Assembly: GCA_035084275.1 (NCBI GenBank)
Contig: CM068748.1
Coordinates: 11,098,001 to 11,162,000 of the forward strand
Length of the DNA: 64,000 nucleotides
DNA from: Hydrolagus colliei
Taxonomy: Eukaryota
Direction of reading: 5' to 3'
Each line of letters starts with the position of its first letter. The first letter of the stretch is position 1. The notes under the pieces are model-generated. The model did no database searches. It saw only the letters and a list, made by a program, of their open reading frames with translations, and was not told the origin of the DNA. Positions 50,832 through 64,000 of this stretch are shown here, one piece after another. The translations under genes and the position numbers were made by a program.

Positions 50832-53399
50832 TGTACTGAAGAATACAGCAAATAATTAATCAATTGTTAATATAAGTGTATTTGTTTTTTCACTGCTTTG
50901 TGATAATTCCTTCATTGTATATTCCAACAGGAGGCCAAATGTTACTTTTTCCAACCATTTCATCCATTTTTCCCTCCCTCAGAAAAGTTTGGCTGAACAT
51001 GTTCAGAGCATTCTGAAGGGAACAAAAATATCACGAATTTTTGACTATGTAAATCTCGATCTCTATTTCTCCCTGCTATTTTCTATTCCTGGTGTCACTC
51101 AATCTTCCAATCTATTGTTTACATTCCATTGTATCTGTCACTCGTCATTTGACTCAGTTTCTCCCCAAATCTGTTGTTCTGTTTATGTCACTCATTCTCC
51201 ATTATTCCCAATTCTATTCACAGAATCTTTTTTCCTTTTTGTTCCTTCTTGAATTAACATATCTCACTACAAATGTTACTAGAATTCTGCCTCATCTTTC
51301 AACATCTGCAATATGAAAAACCAAAACCTATTTTTCAAAGAAAAACCTAACCAATGAAACAAAGTTGCTTGCTGCGGTAACTCGCATTACACAATCACTG
51401 TGCAAACCCAAACTTACAGTAATCATTTCCAAACAAATATTCTTCTACAATATAAAAAAAATCAAAACCTTTGTTCTGCTCCACAGTGATTTGTATTAGT
51501 TTCGGATTCAAAATGTAATGTTCATCCCAGGTGGACAGTTTTCTCTGATTGATCAGAATTCCTGGACTTAGAAGGTACGGGTTTCTTTTGAGCTATTTGT
51601 CAAGTCCAGGACTTAAATGTGAAGTGGATCTATGGTTCAAAAAAAGAAGCAACTGCAAGGAGAGAAGGCTCCATTTATCCAAGAACCTCTTGGTGGAATC
51701 AATTTCACCGAATAACAAATGTAGTTGGAATGAAGAATATCCTTTGGCCCATCTAATCACAACCTTCCAGAACACTCCATTGCAACATCAAGCTGTACTC
51801 TTTTTGAAAAAATAAGGGTTGTCTAAACTCCTCTGCATTTGACCAGTGCAATATGTTTGTGCTTCTCCAGAAAGGGAACCCACAATAATAATAACAACAA
51901 CAACTTGCATTTACACAGGGGGCATCCCACAGAGCTTACAAGACAAAGCAAAACCACGTATGTTGAACCTTCTGATTTGGAGTTCCCGCAAGATACAGGT
52001 CTTCAGATACAAGTATTATTTTTGAATTTGTTCTCCCTGGCTCCATTAATGCAGACAGAATTCTGATTCATAATTTATTATTATAATTTGAATAACATCA
52101 TTTATGGTTTATTAAAGTCATCACTGTACAGGCTGAACATATTTTGTTGAATAATTTTAGATGTATCCTGCAGCTTCATCTATTTCTTAAATGATTAAAA
52201 AGAATGGCAAGCAAGCAGAGTTCAAAAAGATTTAATAATATCTGCATTCTAGTGAAGGGGTGATTTTTTATGTCCTTCTATTAAGAGTGGAAACTTACTT
52301 TCCAGATGATGTTTGCAGACAAAATAAAATTACCACTAGATTTTGGTTCATTGAACAGTCATCATTTTGTTAACACTGCATACATGTGTATTATTTGGTA
52401 AAGAAGAGAGTAGATCATAATGTAATAATAATCCATTATACCGCATTTTGGGGGTCGATGATGCATTGATTGTCCTGGTCCAATTCCGACAGCAGCAAAT
52501 TAACAAGAACTCACTCGTCCACCCACCTCCTACCACTAATCCTTGTAATAACTACCGTTCATATTATGCCCTCTTGAACCATGTGCAATTTTCTTCGAAT
52601 GTGAAATGTTCAATAAATCATGCTACGTATATAGTAGGCTTTACTGCCTTTTGCATACTAATCTGAATTAGGATTGTTTGGCCGTTCTTCCTTAAACTGC
52701 TTTGTAAATACTGCTAGTCTGCACATCAGCACCATATTTGTAATACGATATTATCCATCAGTGCAAAAACAAAGCTGCAAATGGTATTAATAATTCTGTT
52801 TGAACAAAATAGATTTCTGTTATTTCTAAAATTCTGGAAAACTACCAACTCATATCGTCTGGAGTTCCTAATGTTTCTCATTCCAAATTCAGTGTTTCTT
52901 TCTAATGATAGTGTATTTTAAATGTATTTCAAGTTGAAATAGAATTATCTTTTTTTCTGTTAAATATAGTTCCTAAAACATGTCAAATTCAATGTTTTAT
53001 TTGCCTAAATTTACATTTTGCTTGTCCACAGTTCACCATGCCTTAATAATCCAGTTCTTTTTCTGGTTTATTCTAAATTGCTTTGATTCTTCAGAATACT
53101 AATATGTCCATTTTCAATAGTAATGAAATTAGGGTCACAATCAGTACTTTACAAGGAAATGTGAAACTATTAATGTACACTCTCGGTCTTTCTATTAAAA
53201 ATGTTAATTATACTTAATTATTCATCCGGTGTTCTCTTTGTATCTCCCACAATGCAAGAGACTCATTGTTGCCAAGCCTACATATTAAGACTTGGAATGT
53301 TTTGTAAAATTGCACCATATTCTACTTGCCCCATTGGACAAACACAGCAGAGAAATTATTGCTTATTAGCGCTGAGATTTATGCAGTGAATGCAAAAAT

Positions 53400-53720
53400 G
53401 ATGGCCAGTGATCTGATTGCGTCCAATTAATGCTGAGACACAATCAAAAGAACACTCGTGCTGCGCTTTGTCACTTCAAAGCAGCCAAACAAGAGGCTCA
53501 CTAACGTAAAGTTACATAGGACAATTTTAGAACAGATATCAGGAAGTATTTCTTTGCACAAAGGGTAAACAATAACTGGAATGGGTTGTTTGAATTTGTT
53601 GACACTGGATTCATTTAACAAACTGTTTGATGCTTGATTCGAGGGGAGGTGGGGAGGGTGTTTTCTGGAACAATCAAATTAAATGGGCTGAAGAGCCTTA
53701 TCATCCAAAAGTTTATCGAA
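53400..53720 (+). mobile_element. Old CR1 3' end
   Basis: aggaagtatttctttgcacaaagggtaaac (RKYFFAQRVN) and 3'UTR aaatgggctgaagagcc. Confidence 0.6.
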
Positions 53721-53869
53721 TTTTAGGTGATATCTTTTGACTAGAACACAAATATTTTACTTTCTTAGGTGTAATAGGAATAAATTCTAAAGATCCATTT
53801 GCTTATTCCTTGAAGTAATCAATTTTCTGCACTGATATTAACGCAAGGCTTCAATTGATTGTCTCATTT

Positions 53870-54205
53870 TTTTTCTCCTCAAGCTCCATGTTCCCATTCG
53901 TCCCCACCTCTTCTTATGACAATGACTCAAATGGAGATATGGTTGCTTATAGCCATATCCAAAGAACTATTTTAAATAGATCCTTGATGGATCATTATGG
54001 AAGGCAGGTTAATTATAGGTGAAGCAAATCCTGAACACTCCCCCACAAATTCTAGCAAGATCACCTAGTAACAAACAAGAGCAGAACTCTGGTCAATTTG
54101 TTTCCTCTCCCTAGGCTTGTAAAGCTGAAGGATACATATATTCCCAGCACTATCAGCTAATACTATATCAGATAACTCGGCACAACTATGGATGAAACCT
54201 ACTGT
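53870..54205 (-). mobile_element. Ancient SINE remnant (AmnSINE2-like)
   Basis: atcagataactcggcacaactatggatgaaacct and caagagcagaactctggtcaatt resemble the reverse complement of recalled AmnSINE2-type sequence. Heavily decayed. Confidence 0.4.
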
Positions 54206-56427
54206 CTATCTTCCTTTACCATAGTATTGATATAACATACAAGTTGTCAAGGATACTGCCATCTAACATATTTTATTAACATGCGTCAATTTATTTTAAA
54301 AATCTCTCGAATCTCTGCATTCCAAAGGAAATCAAGAACAGGTAGATCCACTGATGCAATGAACTATTTCCTAATAAATATGTTCTAAATGGATCCTTGA
54401 CAGAGTTTCCAAGAGGCAACTAACTGTTCCCCCTTGCACTTAGTCACAGCAGATTTACTCAGGTCTACACAATGGACAGTCAGCAGCCCTCAAAGACTCT
54501 TAATAGACAACTTACATTATTGTCCACCACTAAAGGCACATAATTTATTCTTCATTTAAAATCTCTCTTCATACTGCATACCATACCATGTTGTCAGCAA
54601 GAGCTATTTCCTCATGTTTTGTATGACAGAAATGTTCAGACTGCAGTAATACTGAGCAGGGAGTTAATGAGCCTTTCTGTCAGCCTTTTGCATTCGGCAT
54701 TGTCTGACAGAGTACCTAAATCATCGTGCTGCATGGGACAGTGGAACCTTTGACAGTCAACCATGATTCACTGAGAAGATTTACTATTGTATGCTGCATT
54801 GCAGTACTACCCAGAGAAAAGTCTAATATTTAATAAATTGGGAAAACAGGATTAGAATGGTAATACTTCATATCTTTAACACAAAATATTATTTGTTTTG
54901 AGATGAAATAGAAAAATGAAGCTCTTTTATCATGTGGTCTATTTAATTAGCCACACTGAGTGAGTAAGAGATGAATAAGATTATGATGATGTTTTAAAAG
55001 GTAGAACTGGCTCTAATCCCACTGACAGCAACCATGACAGATAATTCATTCAGCACAGCTGGAAGAGGATTTCTATTTCCATCAAAAGGAATAGTCAAAC
55101 ACAGTAGAAGACTCTGAATACAGGGAATAAACCGCTTTGCAAATAGAGAAACATTAATATATTCTAGTACTTTCACCAGAATGTTGCTCCCGATTTCTCT
55201 TTTCTCTCAAGGTCATGCACCACTTGTGACACAAAGGACTGTTGGCAGCTCTCTACCATTCTATGTAAGTCGACAGGAGATAGCAGCCAAGGGATTACTC
55301 ACACATTCATCTCACCCCCATCTCCCAAATGTGGAAACATGTCTGGCCTCCACTTTTACATTCCAAATTGCGATAACTAAATTGTACAGGACTGTGTCAC
55401 AACTCATCACTCTAAGGAACCCATGCTACCTTTTCTTTCAAATAGTAGCATTTCATAAATAAAAACCCATAAGCATCTGACTGAGAGGCACGAGTGTTCT
55501 TCTGACTGGGCATAAAGAGCTCAACATCTTTAGCTACAGGGCCACTTTAAAAATTAACTACTTTATTTTCTGTCCCAAAGTCTGCAGATACTTTCCTAAC
55601 AAGATCATTGGTCAGAACAGCCAATCCTAATAAGCTTGCATGCTTTCTTATGATGTATTGAAGCATCATTTCAGTAAATTTCAATTTCAAAATGTGTGTG
55701 TAATAAATGAATTATACCTATATCACCTAAATATCCACTGAAGATACAGTATACAGATAGAATTCATAGAGAGAAAAAGATCAAATGTTCATCTACGTTG
55801 CAAAAGGCTTGCCACACTGATGTCTAGATTGCCTATTAGGCTTTTAGCACTGCAAATAAAATGACTTGGTCTTTTTCAATCTTTGCCACTTTGCCCCCGA
55901 TGACTCTGCTGTCATTCCAGGCAACTAAAGTACGTTGTACTTTGTATAAGGCATGCAGTAAAACTCACATAAGTAGTCAGTCAGGACCATAACATTTAAC
56001 ATGACTTATGCAAAGTCTGAGATCTCAGAGATTTTATAACTGGAATCTGCCAATTAAGAGGTATTAATCTTCAATCAATTGAGCTAATTTAGGGTGGGTG
56101 TGAAACTAGAATGCCAAATTTGCTGAAAGCAAAGTGACTTTGCTTCTAGTATTAAAGCAATTAACAAATGGAAGGGTCATTTATACTTTACACTTCATTA
56201 AACTGTATGTTAATGAAAAGGTGTGACGAATAGGAATCATAAAAGATGTTCAAAGATAGCTAAAAAGAGCATTACAGACACATGTGAGGATGCATGTGAG
56301 GAAAATCAGGTTTAAACAATTTGTTATGAGTGGCAAAATAGCTAAATACTTTCTATTTTAAAATTCTAAAAATAGTAATTCACTTAAAAAATTATCTCTC
56401 CAATGCATCTTTTAGTTGATTTTTTTT

Positions 56428-56740
56428 GTCCTATAGCTCAGTGGTTAGAGCAGAACAACAAAACAACAAAACACTCACCTCACAAGCAAGATACCTGGGT
56501 TTGATTCATGGCAGGGCAAAATCTTGGGCAAGTTTCTTTGCTAAACACACCTGATAATAATCCCTCAAAAAAAAGATAAATTGGTCACTTCAATCCACAA
56601 CTGTTTGTGGGACACTGTTGTGCGCAATTATCTGCCATATTTCACCCACAAAACATACAGTCAACTCACATTACACAATATTCTGGGGAGCGCTTTGAGA
56701 TGCCTAGAAGACGTGAAAAGCGCAAATGCAAGGATTATTT
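56428..56740 (+). mobile_element. tRNA-derived SINE with an AACAACAA repeat inserted in the head
   Basis: gtcctatagctcagtggttagagca[gaacaacaaaacaacaaaaca]ctcacctcacaagc, followed by body and tail. Confidence 0.9.
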
Positions 56741-57789
56741 TTTATTTTTCATTTTTTGTCCCAAACTCAAATTTTCTGTTCTAGCATACATAGCTTCCAA
56801 TACTACTTCCTTTAGTATTCAACATCATGTAAATATCATACGAAACCATCTCCGCTGCACTCTCAGATTTAGTCCTAGAACCATTATTTAATTATTTCCT
56901 GCATATCAAATTTTAAGTTATAATTTTAAGTAGCAAATGATATGATCCATTTGTGGTATTACATATTATCAAGATAGAATTAGGATAGTATAAATCGAGT
57001 TTGTTAGCAGTACAAAGTGAAATAAAAATACAAAGACAATGTTGGCAAAGCAGTAGTTTTCTTTTAGCATTTACAGTAATTATTTTATAAATATTTTTAA
57101 TTGAAATGGATTTGGTGAAATATATGCAACGGAAAATAACTAATTTGTTCACTGCTGTCTATAGGGAAAATGTCAAGCAGCATTGTGACAACACCCTGTA
57201 TTTATATAGTGCCCTTTATATTTCTTTAAACTGTCAATAACCATTAACAAAAGACTGATGGAACCCAAATGTCCAATGTTCCACCATGAAAAGTACAATT
57301 CATCAATTCAAAATGTTGCTAAAATAAAAAAGCAGTGCAACCAGTAATGATTTGATCTTAAAAAAAAGTCAAATGTATTCCAGAGGTCAGTCTCACCCAC
57401 GTCATTTGTTTAACAATGGATTCTGGCACATTTTTTTCCAAACCTTTCTCAGCAGTGTATATCACCTGAGCCCAATATGAACATTCATAAATCTTACTGA
57501 ATAAAAAGATTAAAGTTAATCTCATCATTACTGGCAGGAAATTTCTTGTACGGTTATAATTCTTCTCTTTGTGCACGATCCAACTCAATGTTAAAGCCCG
57601 TACAAAAAAATTGACTTCATCGATCTTTGAGACCTTGAATATAAATACAGTCCTGGACTGTTCATTAAGAGTAAAACTCCTTGGAGAGTCTGTTTTAAAT
57701 TACAAGCACAAAAATGTAAAGCTATGAATCAGAAATTGAATTTAATTCACTGTTCAACTGCTAATATACAGTTACTTTTCCTACTATGC

Positions 57790-57909
57790 TTTATCCTGCC
57801 CTGATCCTTCCCACCCTGCTCTTGTCCTACCTGACTGTACAGCGCCTTGAGATGTCCTCTCGACGTGAAAGGCGCTATATAAATGTACGTTTTGTTGTTG
57901 TTGTTGTTA
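57790..57909 (+). mobile_element. L2 3' tail
   Basis: cagcgccttgagatgtcc...gtgaaaggcgctatataaatg...(TTG)n. Confidence 0.8.
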
Positions 57910-58822
57910 TAGTCACTTTTTTTGCACAACCTCATTGAACAAATCAGCAAAATTTCTGAATATATATTTTATATATAATGTGAACAGGAAGCCAAGGCCT
58001 AAAGTGAAACTATAAACAGTGAGCTCAAAATCTATTTTTTAAAAACTTCCAAAAAGTTTTAAAAACTGGAGGCTCATTGCTAAGATCAAGAGCTGGGAAA
58101 ATTAACATTTCCTTTTCCCTCACAAAAGAATAGTTTCCAAATTGTGTTTTTGCAAGCTCGTTAAAGTGAGAAACATTGAGGTTAATACCTGTGGAAAATT
58201 ATTTTAGTTAAATTATTTATGGATCCCAGTCAAACATCCTGGAAATGCATTGCATTGTTTTTTTTAAAAAAGGGACAGAAAGTAACTAGTTACTACAGGT
58301 ATTCCATGCTATCGAATGTTTCCACCCATTTGACACTTTCCATAGCATTTTGTAGCAATCCACTTGTTTCTGTTCCAAATGTCTTGTTATTTAAACACAA
58401 GATTTTACTTAATCTGCCATTTCAAGATTTTACTCAACCTGCCATTTCTTTAACTCTGCCACCATGACATTACTTCCTGCAAGATAAATTCAATCTGTGC
58501 AACTGCAACAATGATGCTTTTTGACATAATTATGAAACTAGCTCTTACTAACAGAAATAATATCACTTGGACATTCTAAACAAGTAATGGAATTTGACAT
58601 AATGGTATTCATGTACTGTGGTCCGCCAATGCTGGAAGGGAGTGGGCAATGGACGCGCAGCAGATCCAAGCCAGCTGAGCGAAGAGGGCGGGTAGTGAGG
58701 TAGTGTATGAGCCGTTTGCAGACGTAGAAAAGTGGCCAGGCTATGATGTAATTTAAAAGTAAGAGTGGTTAGAAAGTGAAGCAGTTAATGAATAATTTTA
58801 GTTTCCAGTGCAACATCAAGCT

Positions 58823-58877
58823 GCATAATAATGTAGCACACAATGCATGGAACGCATTGTGTGCTACATTATTATGC
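58823..58877. repeat. Perfect 24-bp inverted repeat with 7-nt loop
   Basis: gcataataatgtagcacacaatgc-atggaac-gcattgtgtgctacattattatgc. Confidence 0.95.
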
Positions 58878-59810
58878 CATTATAGAGGTCAAACAACTCA
58901 GCACAGTCTGTCTCTCAATCAAACCTTCATTAAAATCTAAACACGAAGCTCAGCTATTTCTACAGGAAACTGAAATGAACAAAAGGTTGGCAAAGAGTCT
59001 CAAATTAAAATATAAAACTTTTAAATGAGATTGCTAATCACAGAGAGTAAATAGACAGGTCCAAAGCTGACCAGAAACACACAGTCCTGCTGTGATGTAT
59101 GTTTATAAAGAATATCATGTTAATGGAAGGAAATATTCAATGACTGAAAAGCTAATGTACTAAAGCCATAAAAGGTGTTTCTAAAGCTTTCAATGAAAAC
59201 GTTATTCAGTGTTTTCCAAAGGAGACTGATTACATGATCAAGTATACAGTAGCAAAATATTATAAGATTGGGAGATAAACTATTAACACATCTATAAAGC
59301 TCTTATGGAATCAGAGCTTATAGGTTTGCCTTAATATAAAATCTCAGCTACGTTCCTATCCTCCCTGCGCCCAATCCCTTTGCTTGGGTCCAAATCCCTT
59401 ACTGTCCAACACCTTGGGTGGTCCCCCCAACGTAAAACGTGTTATACAAAAGTAATTTTATATTGTATTTTATCTCTTTTATTGACCTGATTATATTGAT
59501 ATATAACGGCTCTGTTGTCTCAAAGGACAAAGTAGGTCGTTGTATGCTCATGCAAATCTTTTTCCTCTCAAGCCAATGTTGAGGAGGATAAGTATAAACA
59601 ATTCAAGATAGATACATTTCAATTGATAAAATGGATATGCAGAATAGTTGATCTGCAACTTTGAAAATATATTGCAGTAATCATGAGTTTCAGCTACCCT
59701 GCTAGAGTACTCAGTTTAAACATTATTTCATCTCAATGGAAAACTTTGCACTGCAAAAGATCCAACTACAGAAATACAATCTCCTGAAACATTATACCGT
59801 GGTTCACATT

Positions 59811-59856
59811 TCACACACACACATACACACACACACACACACACAGACACACGCGC
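59811..59856. repeat. (CA)n microsatellite
   Basis: Interrupted CA run ending in gcgcgc. Confidence 0.95.
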
Positions 59857-60367
59857 GCTTGCACGAGAGTTAACGAGAAAGTGCATGACACACTCACAAA
59901 ATCTGCACTGTTTTCATATCCACAATCAGGCAGATCCAATTAATGTGGATAATGGACTATATTGGGAAATTAATTGGCTTTAACTATCTCATTCACTATT
60001 AGATCTGGTATTTCACATCATTCCTACTTTAGGCCTTCTAACATGTTGATAATCTGCCTGCAGCAGCTGCATAGAAAAAGCAAACATCGATGGAACAGAC
60101 TGCATAATTATATTCATGCAAAACTGTGATGCTACATATGATGTAACTTGCGGATTTTGAGGATAATCATTTGTAATTATGAATGTGTGCAAAACATGTT
60201 GTCACACACACCACCATCCCAGGCAGTAATGGAAACAATAAAGATCACGTCATGCATCAAATGCTCAATATTACTCATCAAATAAAGACATATCTTCTGG
60301 CTACGTATACAATTGGAATCCCCAGGAAAAGTGGTACAATCTTTCCAAAGAAGAATGAGAGATTTAC

Positions 60368-60458
60368 CCATTTTGCAAGGAAAATCCTCAGGCAAGTCAA
60401 TATCCAACATGAGGTCATCCTCATCCAGGTCACAGGAGTCAAGGTTGTTCAAAATATC
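60368..60458 (-). CDS. CCSER2: CCSER2 (FAM190B) internal coding exon, 91 bp
   Basis: Minus strand reads ttttcctcttcatgtag|GAT...ATG G|gtaaat and translates to DILNNLDSCDLDEDDLMLDIDLPEDFPCKM, matching the recalled CCSER-family motif DILNNLGSCELDEDDLMLDVDLPED. LD(I/V)DLPED is CCSER2-type rather than CCSER1-type. Starts in phase 0 and ends in phase 1. Confidence 0.93.
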
Positions 60459-60957
60459 CTACATGAAGAGGAAAACAAAGAGACATCCTTAGACGTATGC
60501 ATGAAAAGTCAGCTTACCTCTCAATTAAAAAGAAAATGGAATTGGCGTCTTAAAAAATAGTTCAAATGCCATTTGCACTATTAATTGTAAGTTAATTATT
60601 AGTTGGCTTCAGGAGACATGAGGTCATATGGAAAGGTCAGAAAGTATCACAAATCCAATTTCAACAGTAAAATGTAATTTAAATATTCAAATTGTATCAT
60701 CAATTGTAAGCTGCTTGGGATAAGTAAGCGGAAAGCACAAATTTTCTAGTGATCACATTCTACTTGAACATACTTTCTGGCAGGACAACTGACTATCATG
60801 AACACTGTGAAGCTGTTGATTATGGAACGTCAAACCATGATGACTTGATTTCTGTACTTTATGGGAGAGAGATGAACAAAAATAAATATTTGAAATGGGA
60901 ATAAAAAACATTTGGATAGAATCATTGCCAGTACCTCCATACATACAGATTATATTA

Positions 60958-61308
60958 CCGTAGATCAGTGGTTAGAGCATTCGCCTCGTAAGAGAGAGAC
61001 CTGGGTTCAATTCCTGGCAGGGCAAAATGGTAAGCAAGTTTCCCTACTCCACACCCCTCTGTTTACCTAGCCGTAAGTATGTTGTGAGTCAATTGGCGGA
61101 ACGCTTTTCTGGGGATAATAATCCTTTTTTAAAAAAAGATTTGGTCACGCAATCCATGACTGTTTGTTAAGGCACTACTGTGCAGAATTTGCTGATGCAT
61201 TTCGCCCACCAAATACAGTCAATTCACTTTACAGTATATTCTGTCAAGCACTTTGAGGCATCTAGAAGATGTGAAAAGCGCTCTATCAAATGCAAGGATT
61301 ATTATTAT
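60958..61308 (+). mobile_element. tRNA-derived SINE, long subfamily
   Basis: Head and tail as in the other copies, plus an internal segment of about 60 bp (ctctgtttacctagccgtaag...ctgggg). Confidence 0.9.
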
Positions 61309-62639
61309 AAAGAATGGAAACAAAAACATTTTGATATAAGTATTTGGGGCACTTTTAAATAAAAACTGTCCTAAAAAATTATGAAATGCAACTCATATAA
61401 ATTAATCACCAAAATATAATGAGAGTTGATTTATAAACTGAAACCGTTTCCTTTTTTCCGAGAGTTCTACCACAAGCAAAAAGGAATTTTATTAAGCACG
61501 AGAGAGAAGAAACTAGGAAAATAATTAGTGCAGTATGATCCATTAGTAAAATTGAGGTTGCATTTGCATTTGCACATAATCAAACATGCAAGGATCATTA
61601 TTATGTCATCCAGTGAAAGGGGTGACTGCTGTTAATCAGACGAAAAATGAACTTGAGCAATTGCAAAAATTAATGCTTTATATTTGCAACATTATCAGCC
61701 CCTGTTCCTACAAGATAGTCCCACAAGTACAGTACTTAAAACATTTCTTCTCAACTCTACGTTCATAAATCCAAGACTCAACGCTACATAACATTCTAAA
61801 CTAGCAGCAGCATAAATACTTAAAAGTTTGCTGACATAGACACTCAAGAAAGTTAAAAAAGCAGATTCAGATAAGATAAACTGAACACTACGATTACACT
61901 AGCATAAGAAAATAAATTAGATACCAATTACAATTATAAAAACAAACCTAGCAACACAGTCACTGATCAACTAAATTCAAGGACACCCAAAGTTGTTTAA
62001 TGAAAAAAGTCAATCAATAAAGATGTGTTTGGGAAATGTAAGGAGAGGAATCATCATGGAATAATAAAAATTATAGTTTAGAGCTCAAATACACAATGAG
62101 TATTTTTGCTACATAGCCCATCAAGTGTAAAATTGTGCTAGCTCATTCACGAAATTCTTCAATCCCAATCACCTGTTCTTTCCATGCACCATAAATCAAC
62201 CTTGTTCTGAGGAACAATGCATGGAATGAAAGCCAAAGAAAGAACAACAGAGGGAGCTAACTTTACATCAGATTATTAAGATTACTGCATAATGGTGGAA
62301 AGTACACATCCTCCAGTTGAGATCCCTAGAGACATTTAATTGAGTTTCTGCATAATGCACATTTATTGAGCTCTACATATTATATTTGAAACCTGTACAA
62401 TCACCAAATCTTTTGATTCTCCAATAATGTCTGATCACCAATCTATCACATAAAGGTACATAAATTGTATATAATTGTCCAGCTACTCAATCCATTGATT
62501 TAAGTATCCAAATACAGAATTTCTATTGTGTTTTACCATTTCTTATGTTAATTTTAGTTACCTCAACTAACATTTGAATAATTTTCAGTTCACACAACAG
62601 TGTCCCACAAACAGTCGTGGACTGAGTAACCAGATTTTT

Positions 62640-62770
62640 TTTTGCTTTGTAAGGGATTATATTTACTACATCAACTGCACTACCTTTATCAATCAGTTTT
62701 TGAACATCAGTACAAAAGATGCAATCCTCCAGTCCTTGGGCACTGCTTCCATATCCAAGGAGGATTGAAA
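62640..62770 (-). mobile_element. CR1 RT fragment
   Basis: Translates to LIDKGSAVDVV. Adjacent to a SINE fragment at about 62595-62640. Confidence 0.55.
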
Positions 62771-63581
62771 GATTGTGGCCAAAATATTTTGTTACAACAA
62801 TTTTCATTTACATAGTGCCCTTCATGTGAATAGCAACTCAAGAGTACTTAAAAGGCTAAACCATCCGTACAAATGTCTTTCAGCAAAAACTGATGAACAT
62901 AAAGTAGCATAAACTAAGTGCAACATTTGTGTCAAAACTAGAAAGGCTGCTGACTTCAAACAGTTGAGTAGAAAGTCACCACTGTACCTCTGATGTAATT
63001 TGGTAACACTAGTTTATTTTAAAGTCATTCATTATAAAGGCTTGCTAAATTTTGGGCTATATGCTTTGGATGAGGTGACTAGTATGGTAAATATACTAGA
63101 TTTTATTAGAATGATTAAAACCTGAAACAATTAAGCCGCAGACAATTTCATGCATTGTGGAGTCTGCTTCAGATATTTTTGTTGTAGGCTTATTCTGATG
63201 GGTAACATTTACATATAAAATTAACTCGATTTGAAAACCTGCGGTACTATCTCTACACTTCTGATTAAATAAATAAGATCTGTATTATTCACATTTATCA
63301 GAAATGCATTTACTGAAATTAATTTGAATCTTTAGAAAGAACAAAGAAATTAACTGCTGCCATCTGTTCATATGTCACAGCAGCAATTTTGGGCTCAGTG
63401 CTATTTCACCCATTGGAGCAAACAAACCTTATTATGAACCAACAGCAAATTATTTGTTTTACATAAACCAATATCAATTTAGTTCTCCCCACTCCGCCCC
63501 CACCCCCATTTCAGATAAGCCAGCTCCCTAAGTGATTGTCAGATAACTAGAACCAATACCATGAAAGGCAGTATAAACTAA

Positions 63582-63800
63582 AGCCTGGCTCAGTGGGTAG
63601 CACGTTAATCTCAAAGGCAGAAGGTTGTGAACTCAAGCCTCACGGCTGGATGTTCAACTAAAGTCTAGAATGTCATTCCAATACAGTGCTGTACTGCATT
63701 GTTGGAGCTGCATCCTTTAACTGATATGTAAAACCAAGTCTGTTTGATCCCACAGCACTCCTCTAAAAATGGGAATTGTCCCTAGTGTAAGGCTTACCAA
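63582..63800 (+). mobile_element. Old Deu-domain SINE, 5' part
   Basis: gcctggctcagtgggtagcac...cagaaggttgtgaactcaagcctcac...gtactgcattgttggag. Confidence 0.75.
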
Positions 63801-64000
63801 GCCTTTTTTTCTTTGTGAATCTGATTTACAGGATGTGAAAGAACAAGAATAAACACAATGCACACATTAATAATGGATGCAGTGAGGGCCTGTTACCTTT
63901 GAGCTGGTTGAGACTCACTTTCCCAGTTTGTTGATGCTCTTCCTGCAGATCAACTCCTATTTCCTCCATGGTTTGCCACTTAATTAACTTCATTCTGGCT

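Noticed and set aside
58697-58712. let-7-like TGAGGTAGT
   Set aside because: Only 9 nt match and there is no precursor hairpin.
60177-60367. Extension of the CCSER2 ORF beyond the exon
   Set aside because: Reads through a good GT donor and similarity ends there.

Overview
AT-rich vertebrate genomic DNA. The repeat repertoire (Deu-domain SINEs, a chimaera-type tRNA SINE, CR1 and L2 LINEs) points to a cartilaginous fish, probably a holocephalan. The window lies inside a large minus-strand gene. Two in-phase coding exons (60368-60458 and 35802-35931) match CCSER2/FAM190B as I recall the protein. The rest is intron filled with SINEs, CR1/L2 fragments (including one young 5'-truncated CR1 with an open RT frame) and TA-flanked Tigger/pogo-like and hAT-like MITEs, some nested three deep. 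The most unusual signal is in the MITE at 3521-4243. Compared with its sister copy (13809-15248), it carries about 30 same-strand A->G substitutions confined to the two arms of its fold-back, an ADAR-hyperediting-like pattern apparently written into genomic DNA. No rRNA, genuine tRNA or CRISPR array was found. All alignments and counts were done by eye and family names come from memory, not database searches.
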